A stretch of DNA of 64,000 nucleotides from a virus (lineage: Duplodnaviria; Caudoviricetes): IMG/VR virus record IMGVR_UViG_3300012983_000039, positions 27,306 through 91,305 of that record. One strand, written 5' to 3'. Position numbers and translations under genes: made by a program. Shown here one piece after another: positions 51,504-61,534 of this stretch (position 1 is the first letter of the stretch; each line of letters begins with the position of its first letter). The notes below the pieces were generated by a model that saw only the letters and a list, made by a program, of their open reading frames with translations, did not search any database and had not been told where the DNA came from.

Positions 51504-52876
51504 TATTTATTACCTCCATTTCTATATTTCTTTATTGCTTTTACTAAAACATTTTCATCTTCTTTTGAGTCATTACCGCCAGTATAGATTAAACCTGTTT
51601 TAGCTTGGAAAATAGTAGGGTCAGCCTCATATGCCGCCATACAAATTTCTTTCTTAAAATCAACAATTGAGAAATCACTCATCTTATCTCTATAAGACTG
51701 AATTTGTTCGTCAGTAAAATGACTTGAAAATTCCTCTATAATAGCTTCTTTCTCTTGATTTTCTTTCTGAGTCTTGAAGTTTTGAAGTTCATTTCTCTCT
51801 AATTCAATGTCGCTTTTTTCTGTTTCTAATCTAACTTTTTCTGACTCCAAATCAGAAATTTTTTGTTCATATTCACCAATTGACTTTTCATAAGACTGTT
51901 TATTTTCGTCAACTACTGTTTTAATCTGTTCGAGAGAACTGTTGAGTTCTTCAATTGAAGAAGTAAGTTCCAGAACTTTATCAAGATTAACTTGATTTTC
52001 TGTTTTTAAAGCTTCATATGCCTGAACATCTTCTGATGTTATGCCGGCAAGCGTTATTTCAGAAGTTTCCCCAAGAGTAACTTCTCCATCTGTTATTGTA
52101 TAAGCAACCTTAATACAACCATCTTTATTAGTGTAAATAGCATAATTTTCGGCAATTTCAACTACAATGTTTTCAATTGTCCAATTGCCTTCTTCTGTAT
52201 ATTTAGGATTAAGTAAACTAAAAATCTTTGAAGCATTTTCATTATCACTCAATCTAAATATTTCAAGAATTTTCTTATCCATTTTTTCACCTTCCTTAGT
52301 ATTTTTATTTTTTAAATAGTTCTGATATAAGGAGAAGAACGCCGCCCCTTCAAAACACGGTTCAACTTTATCTCCTAAAATCTGTAGACCAATTAAGCCA
52401 CCTTCCATAAAGTGATAGTAAGGCATACCATCTTCCCAAGTTCTCCACTCACCTTTAACGGTATCTTTAAAAATTTCCATTGATTGTGGCTTACCCTGAA
52501 CTAATTTTGCTTCTGGATAAAGTCCGGTAAATAAATACACATCTGCTGTTGCGTATTCTCTTTCTACTCCGTCATTATCTAAATGTTTTTCCCAAGCAAA
52601 ATTAGGATTTTCTGGAACTATTCCATAAATACGACCATCTGTATTGTCATATCCATGGTCTTCATAATCCACATCAGTATAGCTAAAAATGCCTTTGATT
52701 GGAGTATAAGGCAGAGTAGCTATTAATTGCTCCGCAAACTCTTCTGAAATAAATGTGCGATTTCTATTAAGCCCCTTATAAAAAATTCGGACTCTTGTTT
52801 TAGATAATGTGTCAGTTATTTTTTCAGCTTGCCCGTAGATAAGGACATCTAACTTATAGATATTAATTTTATCCAT
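51503..52876 (-). CDS. Prohead protease/scaffold fusion
   Basis: NRNRTFI, TPIKG, YG.VPE, QSMEI, ILG..VEPCFEGA N-terminal domain plus acidic coiled-coil C-terminus. Confidence 0.75.
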   Translation of the reverse strand: MDKINIYKLDVLIYGQAEKITDTLSKTRVRIFYKGLNRNRTFISEEFAEQLIATLPYTPIKGIFSYTDVDYEDHGYDNTDGRIYGIVPENPNFAWEKHLDNDGVEREYATADVYLFTGLYPEAKLVQGKPQSMEIFKDTVKGEWRTWEDGMPYYHFMEGGLIGLQILGDKVEPCFEGAAFFSLYQNYLKNKNTKEGEKMDKKILEIFRLSDNENASKIFSLLNPKYTEEGNWTIENIVVEIAENYAIYTNKDGCIKVAYTITDGEVTLGETSEITLAGITSEDVQAYEALKTENQVNLDKVLELTSSIEELNSSLEQIKTVVDENKQSYEKSIGEYEQKISDLESEKVRLETEKSDIELERNELQNFKTQKENQEKEAIIEEFSSHFTDEQIQSYRDKMSDFSIVDFKKEICMAAYEADPTIFQAKTGLIYTGGNDSKEDENVLVKAIKKYRNGGNK

Positions 52877-52888
52877 TTTTTCCCTCCT

Positions 52889-54370
52889 TTATTCTTCTGT
52901 GCCGGCACTAGTTCCTTCATCTTCTTCTTTTGTTGTTGTTTTTGTGTCGGCTTCTTGTTCTTTTTGCTTAGTAGTTTCTGCTGTCGCCGCATTAACCTTT
53001 CCACTTTGAGTATAAGCAGATTGGTAAGGAACTAAAGCTTTATCTAATTTAAGCAAATCTATTTCTAAATTCTTTAAGTCTAAAAGATTTGTTTGGTTAA
53101 TTCCCATTGGAAGAACTGGAGTTAAGAAACTATATCCAAAAGCTCCTAAATCTTTTGACCTAGTAGAATAGTCTTCTGCGTTATAATGACTAATAGGAAG
53201 GATTGTAAAACTAAAATCTACTTTTTTAGTTGAAAGTTTTGTATTAATTACATAAGTAAAGAATTTTGAATATTTTCTGCCTAATATCATCATTATAGCC
53301 AAATCATTTTTTAGTGAGGCATCTAATCCAGAATCTGTTGTGGCGCTGAACAATTCTTTAGAAATACCAGCATTTTCATAGATTAAATTCTGCATGGTTG
53401 TAAGTTCTGTTTTATTATCGTCTTCACTACTTAAATCTAAAATTTTAACATCATTATAAGTAGTAAGTGTATCTAAGTCCTTATTTTCTGAAAGCATACT
53501 GATTGCCGCCTCATGCATCTCTTCGGCTTCTTCTGGCTCAAATACCAAATTCATTCCATCTATTCCAATTTTCTGAACTAGAATTTTCTTTAAAGCAAGT
53601 AAATTTCTTTGTTTGTCAATTTCCTTATAATCTTCAAAGTCATCTAAAAGAGGAATTAAACCTAAAAAGAAAGGAATATCTTCAAGAAAGCTAAAGTAAA
53701 CACCCACCTCAGCCGGCAAGAATATCCAACTATTCTTTCCTTTATGAGCATATTCATAATAACCTTTCTGAATTACTTTCGGATAAGTGTTTAAAATTTC
53801 TTTTCTATATTCTATATCATGAATTGTATCAAAAAATTTAACATTAAATTCAACAATATTAATGTCTTGATGATTTTTAAAACGACTTCTACAGTATTCA
53901 TAAGGTAAATCTTGAATAACTACACCATCTTGATTATAGTGAATAATTCCAAAATAAGCGCCGTCTAATAAAACATTTAAAGAAATATGAGTAAATTTTT
54001 CTTCAATTGAAAAATCAGCACAAAACTTTGCCGCCCTCATATAAGCATCAGATAATTTTTTATCTTTAATTTTATCACGAGGATTTATGGGGTGCGGCAC
54101 AACTAACCAAGAATAAGTTAAAAGAGTAGCATAATGTAGAATAAACATTCGATATAATCCATTCATTTCAAAGAAGTATCGAGAGAGCTTTGCTCTCTCA
54201 ACTGGGTCTCCTTTTTGAACAATTCTATTAATCTTTTCACTTGTATAATAACCACACTCTGCTCTTCTACTACTTTTTGAGTCAGATTTAGTATAGGAAC
54301 TTCTTGAGGCGGCGACCATACCCTTTAAAGCCTTTCTGAATTCCGTTATACGATTATCTATCGTTTCCAT
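52889..54370 (-). CDS. Portal protein
   Basis: 493 aa immediately after terminase; LSRYF...GLY, DGAYFG, LP..YCR, IY.NAGIS..LF. Confidence 0.78.
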   Translation of the reverse strand: METIDNRITEFRKALKGMVAASRSSYTKSDSKSSRRAECGYYTSEKINRIVQKGDPVERAKLSRYFFEMNGLYRMFILHYATLLTYSWLVVPHPINPRDKIKDKKLSDAYMRAAKFCADFSIEEKFTHISLNVLLDGAYFGIIHYNQDGVVIQDLPYEYCRSRFKNHQDINIVEFNVKFFDTIHDIEYRKEILNTYPKVIQKGYYEYAHKGKNSWIFLPAEVGVYFSFLEDIPFFLGLIPLLDDFEDYKEIDKQRNLLALKKILVQKIGIDGMNLVFEPEEAEEMHEAAISMLSENKDLDTLTTYNDVKILDLSSEDDNKTELTTMQNLIYENAGISKELFSATTDSGLDASLKNDLAIMMILGRKYSKFFTYVINTKLSTKKVDFSFTILPISHYNAEDYSTRSKDLGAFGYSFLTPVLPMGINQTNLLDLKNLEIDLLKLDKALVPYQSAYTQSGKVNAATAETTKQKEQEADTKTTTKEEDEGTSAGTEE

Positions 54371-54385
54371 TTATTAATTCACCAC

Positions 54386-56464
54386 CTAATTGAAAAAAGT
54401 TAGTTTTCTTTTACCCAATCCACGATTTCTTCGCCGGCTCGTTGCTTCTTTTTCCAATTCATCTATTCTCCATACACCATACTCAAAAGCAGAAAATTTA
54501 TCTTTTCCTATTCTTTTATTAATTTGTTCAACAGAAACTTGGTTGTTAACTCCCGTTGGTTTAAGGCGTAAATTCAAAATTTCATTAATAAGAATTGATG
54601 TTAATTCGTGAGGCATCAAACGAGCTATCTTAGCCTCTGGTTTAAGTTTCTGTCCAGCTTTAGTTGACAAAAGTTTTAATTTTGCGTCTTGCTCAGAAAT
54701 TAAGAAATCTATTACACCAGAATAAATTTTAGCATAGAGTGTTGAGTGTATGTTGCTATTAAGTTGAGCATTTGCTTTAATTCCATAGAGAATTTTTTCA
54801 CATTTTTTAGGTTGAGCAAAGTCTGCCGCATATTTGTTATGGAAACCATAGGCGGGCAACATTAAGTTATTTATAGGGTCAAAAGTTTCTTTTACCATCG
54901 CATCTCCAAATGTGAAACCGATGCCGTTTATATCTATTATAACTTCTTTTGGATTAAAAGCAATAATCAATCTTTTTAATTCTAAAACTTGATGGTCAAA
55001 ATCTTTTTCATCTTTAGTTTTACCTAAAATAAAAAGATTTACAAGTCTTATCTTCCAAGCGTTGTCTTTATGAGGGAAAACCTTAAGAACAACACATACA
55101 GATTGACATCCTTTTCTAGCAATATCCACTGCTAAAATGTAGAAACTTTCTATGTCGGTTCTAACTTTTTCCTTAACTTCTGGATTGACAATTTTACGGT
55201 GGGCGGCGAGTTTTTCATAGTCGAACCAAGATTCTTCGGAATTACCAACAAATCTTGACATATATTCTTTAGCGAAGCCAACTTCACTAAAGGTTGAAGA
55301 AGTCTTAATTTCATTTAAGTAATCTTTTGATAGAAGTCCAGTTAAAACAGGAACTCTATAATCAAATCCTATTATAATATTTTTACTAGGATTAATAATT
55401 GTCATTTCTAAAAATTCGATTGTTTTATCATAACAAAAAGTGTTTTTGTCGCTTGCTGAAGAAATCCACAATTGAACTTGTTGAGGTTCATAGGAGTTAA
55501 CAACTTGATTCTTCATTGGGCGGTCTACGTTAAGTAGAGGTAAAATAATTTCGTTTATATCATCACTAGAATGATCCCTTTCTACCCTCGGTTTCCCGAT
55601 ATTTATTAGGGGAGTAGACTATACCATCTCAAAGTTGAGTTCCCATTATAGTCGTTGAACGTCTCTCACATATTGGAGATTTCGATGCGGATTACCCAAT
55701 CCTTAATGATATTACCATACCGAACTTCATTACTGTCGCCGCACTAATATTACTATTAATGTTTGGTTATTAAGGCTCTAAGGGCGTTCCCGCAGTTTAG
55801 AGAATTTTAATTCCGCCTTTATCAAGATAATTTATAAATAAATTTTTAAATAAATTTATAAGGAAAAACGGAATTCATCTATAATGCCGCAAGTGGCTCG
55901 GTTTCCACGAGTAGAGTTAAGAGGACTCATTACTGTAAATTGAGAGCCATTGCGGTAGGAAAGTTTAATGTAGTCAGAGCCAAAATTACCCTCCCCAATA
56001 ATTTCAGCTTTAAGCAAAGGCAACATTTCCCACAATTGCTTTACTTTTTGTCCGGCAATTCTAGCACCTTGGGACTTACCCGGTGCACATATGAAAACAT
56101 TACTTCCCGGTCTAAAAATACATATCAACATTAAAGCCAATACACAAATAAAAGATTTACCTGCGGCACGAGGGGCAATTGTTAGAACTCGCCCATGTCT
56201 AACACAAGCACGTAAAAAATAACGTTGAAAAAATTTTAAAGAAAACTTAGAATTTGTAGGTGTAATTGTATCTACAAACTTATCTGGATAAACACTCCAA
56301 TAATGACAATATTGTTCATAAAGTTCTCTATATCTTTCAATTCTTTTTTCGGTAATAATAGCTCCTTTTTCTATTTCAATACCATCCTTAAAATATTTTT
56401 TACGTTCTGCTCTACTTAAATGTTTTGTATCTAAAATTTCTTGAGGTGTTTTAATTTCATTCAT
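54386..56464 (-). CDS. terL: Terminase large subunit; join(complement(55868..56464,54386..55576))
   Basis: Walker A APRAAGKS, RGNR, Walker B IIDEFR|D, nuclease LAVDIAR and KDKFSA; start reassigned to MNEIK (GAGGTGG RBS). Confidence 0.9.
55577..55867 (-). ncRNA. Group I intron in terL (ORF-less, 291 nt)
   Basis: P1 AATTCCGT/GCGGAATT with U.G; terminal G at 55577; P7 elements; restores IIDEFR|DHSSDDINEIILP. Confidence 0.9.
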
Positions 56465-57128
56465 CCACCTCACCAACATTTTCATTGATGTTGTGCCGGC
56501 ACACGTTAAGAATAGAGGCTATATCATTTTGACTACTTAAGGGTATTTCAATTAATTTATACCCCCTCTCCTCACAAAAATTAATTTTATATTGATTGCC
56601 TAACTTTTTATAACCAGTTATATAGTCAATTAAAATTTTTTTATCGGGTATAAGAAAATCAAAATTTCTTCCATCAATTTTAACATTATATTCAAATTCT
56701 ATTTCATTATCTTGAAGAAACTGAATAATTTTTGTTTTTCCTTTATTAAGTCTAAAGCATTTAGGACAACCTTTTCCCTCAATAAATTTTTCAGCATTTA
56801 CAGAAAAAACAAAACCACACTTATGCCGCACTAGGCATTGAGTATCAAAACCTTTATATTTAAGTAGTTCATAATCTTCTCTTTCCTTTTCTTTCATAAG
56901 CTGACGCATTTCACTTTCACTAACTTTTTTTATGGTGCGGCGGCACGTCGGACAAGAATTTTTATTTTCTTTTAGAAAAGAAGCAACACTAATAAAAAAT
57001 TCTGTTCCGCATTTCTTACATCTTAAATGAGCTACTCTCTCATTAAACTTTAAATTCTCAATTAGCTCAAATCTCGATTTTTTAAGATAAGAAAAAAATT
57101 TATTTCTTAAAGTATTATAACTATCCAA
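56457..57128 (-). CDS. Zinc-ribbon, Vsr/DUF559-like endonuclease (probable free-standing homing endonuclease)
   Basis: CKKCG..CPTC, HKCG..CPKC repeats; FDFLIP..ILIDY...K..FC...GYKLIEIP. Confidence 0.7.
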   Translation of the reverse strand: MDSYNTLRNKFFSYLKKSRFELIENLKFNERVAHLRCKKCGTEFFISVASFLKENKNSCPTCRRTIKKVSESEMRQLMKEKEREDYELLKYKGFDTQCLVRHKCGFVFSVNAEKFIEGKGCPKCFRLNKGKTKIIQFLQDNEIEFEYNVKIDGRNFDFLIPDKKILIDYITGYKKLGNQYKINFCEERGYKLIEIPLSSQNDIASILNVCRHNINENVGEVDE

Positions 57129-57154
57129 TTTTATCTCACCTCATTTTTTTAATT

Positions 57155-58090
57155 TTACAATTCAATTTTAAAATCTTCTTCTTTAGCATTGTCTTCATTT
57201 TTAACATAATCCCTAAATTCTTTTTCGTTAAATTCTTCTCCACTCAATTCTGCGGCTGTCTTAAGATTATTAATTCTTTCCTCAATTTCTTCAGCTACTC
57301 CAGTTTCATTAACATAAAGATAACGCAACCAATTCTTCATATTTCTTTCAGTATTATCAATCTCATCTCTAACAGCACCTTGATAATATTTATTCTGCCA
57401 ACCTGTTTTTTCAAGATAAGCAAATACTTCACCGAAACTATCAAATTCATTAGCATCCTTAACATTTTTTGGAGTTAAGTTCGCAAGTTTAGCCAATTCG
57501 TCATAAGCTTTTAAATCTTTAGTAAAATCAACATTAGCTCTAATTTTTTCTTCGATTATTAAAGAAATCTTACAAAGTTTAAGAGCTTGGTCTTCGTTTA
57601 AAGCCCCTACAATATTTTGAGAAAGAATTAATCCATTATGTAGGTTCTCTAAATATTCAAGCTGTTCTTCATCGTAATTGTAGCCCCATTTCTTTCTTCT
57701 ACTTTTAATCTGCTCTTCTTTGAGTGCCGGCACAGCATCTTCAAGCCTTCCTTCTTTTTCTAATTGAAGATAGGCTCTATTATAATGCTCCCAATTTAAG
57801 CCCTCAAACTTTTTTGCTCTAAAAATAGCTATATACATACCTAAAGAGTCTTTATCTCCCTCTTTGGAAATTCGGTCCCACTCTTCTGGAATAAAGGGAA
57901 TATCAGCCCATTGACAAATTTTATTAACAATTTCCCAATTGCCTTTCTGACTATCTGTATTTTCCTTAATAATTTCATTTAAACAGCTTCTACAAATAGG
58001 AAGATAGCCACAATGTAATTGAGATGGGACACTTATAAAGTTAGCAAGAGTTTTGTCTTGCTTACATTTTAAACAACTTCTATTTGCCAT
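57155..58090 (-). CDS. Zinc-finger protein upstream of terL (possible terminase small subunit)
   Basis: CLKC...PICRSC; DIPF; KKWG..Y; position. Confidence 0.5.
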   Translation of the reverse strand: MANRSCLKCKQDKTLANFISVPSQLHCGYLPICRSCLNEIIKENTDSQKGNWEIVNKICQWADIPFIPEEWDRISKEGDKDSLGMYIAIFRAKKFEGLNWEHYNRAYLQLEKEGRLEDAVPALKEEQIKSRRKKWGYNYDEEQLEYLENLHNGLILSQNIVGALNEDQALKLCKISLIIEEKIRANVDFTKDLKAYDELAKLANLTPKNVKDANEFDSFGEVFAYLEKTGWQNKYYQGAVRDEIDNTERNMKNWLRYLYVNETGVAEEIEERINNLKTAAELSGEEFNEKEFRDYVKNEDNAKEEDFKIEL

Positions 58091-58134
58091 CTATTTAATC
58101 TCCTCTAATTATGTTGTGCCGCCCTTTAATAAAT

Positions 58135-58368
58135 TTATATATGGGCGGCGCCTCCTTTAAGGTTAAGTTCTTTATTACACTCACTAACCTCTTTTGCCAT
58201 TTTTAAAATTTTAATTCTCTGCTTTTTCTTTAAATTTTTAAAGGCATCAAAAATATCAACCAAGAAATCTTCAAATTCATCTCTTTCTTCTACTTTTAAA
58301 ATTTTAGCAAGTCCTAATAAATCACATAAAGTAAAATCTTTAATATACTCATATAACTTTTCTACCAT
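58135..58368 (-). CDS. Small hypothetical protein
   Basis: 77 aa with a leader/RBS identical to that of the next gene. Confidence 0.65.
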   Translation of the reverse strand: MVEKLYEYIKDFTLCDLLGLAKILKVEERDEFEDFLVDIFDAFKNLKKKQRIKILKMAKEVSECNKELNLKGGAAHI

Positions 58369-58469
58369 CTATTTAATCTCCTATAATTATGTTGTGCCGC
58401 CCTATCATAATTTTAACGGTGGGCGGCGCAGTATTAACTTAAAGCCTTAATCTAACGGTGGGCGGCGTA

Positions 58470-58586
58470 GTATTAACTTAAAGTCTTAACTTAAAGTCTT
58501 AACTTAAAGTCTTAACTTAAAGTATTAACTTAAAGTCTTAACTTAAAGTCTTAACTTAAAGTCTTAACTTAAAGTCTTAACTTAAA
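58470..58586. repeat. Tandem repeat, 9 x 13 bp GT(C/A)TTAACTTAAA
   Basis: Read directly; one extra unit at 58431-58443. Confidence 0.95.
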
Positions 58587-58589
58587 CCT

Positions 58590-59786
58590 CTAGCTCCTTG
58601 CCCTCGCTTTCTTCTCACACTTCTTACATTTATTCGTAAGCCCGTCTAAAGCCTTAGTCTTCCTAATAAAATTTCTCGAATCTCTAAATAAAAGCTTCCC
58701 ACAAGTATTACATTTCTTCCACTTCAATTCCTCACCTTGATTAACCCACTCATCGTAATTTAAAAGTGCGCTATCAGCTATAAGCTGTGTAATCTTATTC
58801 CAAATAGTCGAAATATAATTTTCTTGATGGTAAATTCCCAACTCTTTATCCAAATGCTCCTTAATTTCTTTATTGGGAACTCTTAATTTCTTATCTCTAA
58901 CAATTAAAAGTTGTTGTGGGCTAAGTTCTGCTTTTTCAATATAAAAGTCTAAAGTCCAAATTAAGTTCCAAAGTGGAGAGTCCGGTACTTCTTTTATAGC
59001 CTCAACTAAATCCCAATAATTTAAAATTAAATGGTAAATGTGTTCCTTATCTAAAAAGTTAAAATAAAATTTGTCTGCCGCCTCTAGCTTTTTAACTGCC
59101 TCCTTAATTCCTTCTGAATTTTTAAGCCCAAAATAAAATTGTTCTTCCTCATTTAATTTAAGGTTTGGGTTAAAAGTTGAGTTAAATAAGGGGTCTTGCT
59201 CTTCTCTAACTAAACCTCTTGGAAAAACTTTATAGTTAAGTTGAGAATCTGGAATAGCTTGAAAAAATTCTGCTTTATTTTGTGCCGGTGGCAAAGTAGG
59301 ATAAGCTGAGTCTTTTAAATAATATTGGTGGCGGCGCAAGTCAATTAATTGGTGTTTTAAATAATAAAGTTGTTTTGAACTTAACTTGTCCTTATTATTC
59401 TCAATATAGTCTTGAACTTTCTGAATTTCTTCTAAAAGTTCTTTAAAGCCTCTAACGTTCTCCATTTTTGTTTTGTCAACTGTAGGTTTTAAATTTTTAT
59501 ATAAGTGTGATTTTGGATTTAATAAATTTTCGTTAAAAGTTGGGGATTCTAATAAAGCATCAAGGGAAACTGGAATTTTTTTTGAATATGACTGGAATTT
59601 TGTTTTAATTTGAATTTCTTTTCTATCAACACTTGAAGTAAAGTTTTTCTTTGGGTCTTTTCCATAGAGAATATAGTTTGAACAGAGTTCTAACTCTTTG
59701 GCGGTAAGAGTTGAAAGGTCTATGGATTTTACAAGTTCTAAGCGTTCTTCAGATGTTTCAAGAGAAAAATCAAGATTAAATTTCAT
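58590..59786 (-). CDS. Putative transcription regulator with sigma-region-4-like HTH and C-terminal zinc finger
   Basis: Start MKFNL (GGAGGTG RBS); ELSPQQLLIV...NKEI...YISTIW; CNTCG...CKKC. Confidence 0.5.
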   Translation of the reverse strand: MKFNLDFSLETSEERLELVKSIDLSTLTAKELELCSNYILYGKDPKKNFTSSVDRKEIQIKTKFQSYSKKIPVSLDALLESPTFNENLLNPKSHLYKNLKPTVDKTKMENVRGFKELLEEIQKVQDYIENNKDKLSSKQLYYLKHQLIDLRRHQYYLKDSAYPTLPPAQNKAEFFQAIPDSQLNYKVFPRGLVREEQDPLFNSTFNPNLKLNEEEQFYFGLKNSEGIKEAVKKLEAADKFYFNFLDKEHIYHLILNYWDLVEAIKEVPDSPLWNLIWTLDFYIEKAELSPQQLLIVRDKKLRVPNKEIKEHLDKELGIYHQENYISTIWNKITQLIADSALLNYDEWVNQGEELKWKKCNTCGKLLFRDSRNFIRKTKALDGLTNKCKKCEKKARARS

Positions 59787-59808
59787 TGAATTTTCACCTC
59801 CTATTAAT

Positions 59809-59837
59809 ATTATACAATAAATTCGGAAAAAAGTCAA
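59809..59837 (-). promoter_or_regulatory. sigmaA promoter for the leftward operon
   Basis: TTGACT-17-TATAAT on the minus strand. Confidence 0.8.
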
Positions 59838-59853
59838 GAAGTTCAACATTTAG

Positions 59854-59992
59854 CCCAACCTTTAAAAAAATATTATTCAAATAACCCAACCCTTTAAATT
59901 TTACTACTCAAATGGAAATTTGGACCAACCCTTAAAAAAATATTATTCAAATGGAAATTTGGACCAACCCTTAAAAAAATATTATTCAAATG
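59854..59992. repeat. Imperfect direct repeats CCAACCC(T)TTAAAAAAATATTATTCAAAT(GGAAATTTGGA), about 4 copies
   Basis: Read directly in the divergent intergenic region. Confidence 0.85.
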
Positions 59993-60106
59993 AAAAAATG
60001 GAGAGGGGAGTGTTTTGGCGGGTTTTGGCAATTTTTGGAAAAATGATACCCCCTATTTTACATAATGTTAAATAAGCTGACAAGGCCCTAAAATTTCAAA
60101 AAAGTA

Positions 60107-60135
60107 TTGACATTTTTAAAAGGGTATTGTATAAT
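60107..60135 (+). promoter_or_regulatory. sigmaA promoter (first of the rightward series)
   Basis: TTGACA-17-TATAAT followed by ATAAATGTAGTCAA, as in the downstream cassettes. Confidence 0.85.
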
Positions 60136-60203
60136 ATAAATGTAGTCAATAGACTATAAAAATTAAATAGTCGCAAAATGCGACAGAAAGACGGTGTTTT
60201 TTT

Positions 60204-60836
60204 ATGAAAAACAGGATAATGAATATGAACAATTCCAGCTTTATTAACGGAGTCTTCTATAAGGGCAAAAAAAGACTTTGCTCTTTGGATGAAATCAAGG
60301 TAGATATTATTGAAAATATTTTTAGTAAAAAGCAAGGGTTAATACTTTGCTATAATAAAAACGAACTTTTGTATTTCAAAAGAGTATACAAAAGGGATTT
60401 TGAAAGGGATTTTGAATCCTTAATTTATATTAAAGAGCATTCGAATAGCATAGATATAGCTTTTAGGTTAACAACTGAAAGCTATAAAGTTCTTCAGGGT
60501 TATTCAGATATTATCCCGCCAATATCCCAAAGGGATATATCTGAATGGCTGTATAAAAATCAACCGAATTATAAGGTTCATCAGCTCGGTGGATTTTGCG
60601 AATATTGCCTTAGTGGCAATATTAATGATTTTGTTAATCCCACACGAAAAAAAGCCCATGATGTGTGGATTGACGGCAAATGTTTTGAGGTTAAAAGCTC
60701 GCTTTGCGGTTTTAAGCTTGAAAAACAGGCTAACAACCCATTAAATCTATGGTTATGGGATGTTAAAGAGCATCGCTTAAAAGCCATGAGAGAAAGCTAT
60801 TCAATCTCAAATGGATATTATAAAATTGAAGTGTAA
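60204..60836 (+). CDS. Hypothetical protein with a PD-(D/E)xK nuclease-like motif
   Basis: LGGFCEY...AHDVWIDGKCFEVKSS. Confidence 0.55.
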   Translation: MKNRIMNMNNSSFINGVFYKGKKRLCSLDEIKVDIIENIFSKKQGLILCYNKNELLYFKRVYKRDFERDFESLIYIKEHSNSIDIAFRLTTESYKVLQGYSDIIPPISQRDISEWLYKNQPNYKVHQLGGFCEYCLSGNINDFVNPTRKKAHDVWIDGKCFEVKSSLCGFKLEKQANNPLNLWLWDVKEHRLKAMRESYSISNGYYKIEV

Positions 60837-60853
60837 AATCCGTCAAATAATGG

Positions 60854-60877
60854 AAGCACCCTTCGGGGTGCTTTTTG
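60854..60877 (+). terminator. Intrinsic terminator with UUCG loop
   Basis: AAGCACCC-TTCG-GGGTGCTT-TTTG. Confidence 0.9.
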
Positions 60878-61071
60878 TCATATTTTTTAACACCCATATT
60901 TTGTCAATTTTACTTCCATTTCTGCCATATTCTACCATGTCAATATTTTCTGTATTTCCATATTTTACTAGTTTAAGTAGGACCACTTTTGCCATATTCT
61001 GCTAGTAAAATTTTACCATTTTATTAATCATTTTATCCATATTCTACCTTTACAGTTATTTCCTTTTTATC

Positions 61072-61193
61072 CATATTCTACCATTCCAACCACTACCATA
61101 AAACTTCCAACTTCTACCATTCCATTTATTTCCTTTTAATTTACATATTCTACCATTCCAACCACTACCATAAAACTTCCAACTTCTACCATT
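61072..61193. repeat. 50-bp direct repeat x2 (period 72) within a C-rich TTCTACCAT-repeat tract
   Basis: CATATTCTACCATTCCAACCACTACCATAAAACTTCCAACTTCTACCATT at 61072 and 61144. Confidence 0.9.
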
Positions 61194-61534
61194 TATGGTA
61201 ATAATTCCGTGGTCCTATTTCTAGGACCACTTCTACCATTTTCCACCACTCACGCCACATATTTCCACCACCATAATTTTCCATATGCGAGCTGGAAAGC
61301 TGGAACTTCCTACCATTCCGCTCGTGGTCCTACTTCTAGGACCACAATTGTTGTTTTCTTCTTTAAATTTACAGGAATTGGCACTGGTATTATTTACTAC
61401 TAAGCGAGCTGCGAGCTGGAAGTTTTAGGAAGTTCAAAGTGGTCCTAGATTAATTCTTTTTATTTACAGTTGTTAAAATTTTAACATATAGTTGTGCCGG
61501 CTTCCATAAAATTACAGGAAATATAAAAATTGTA

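Noticed and set aside
58430-58590. CRISPR array
   Set aside because: 13-bp units are head-to-tail with no unique spacers; no cas genes in the window
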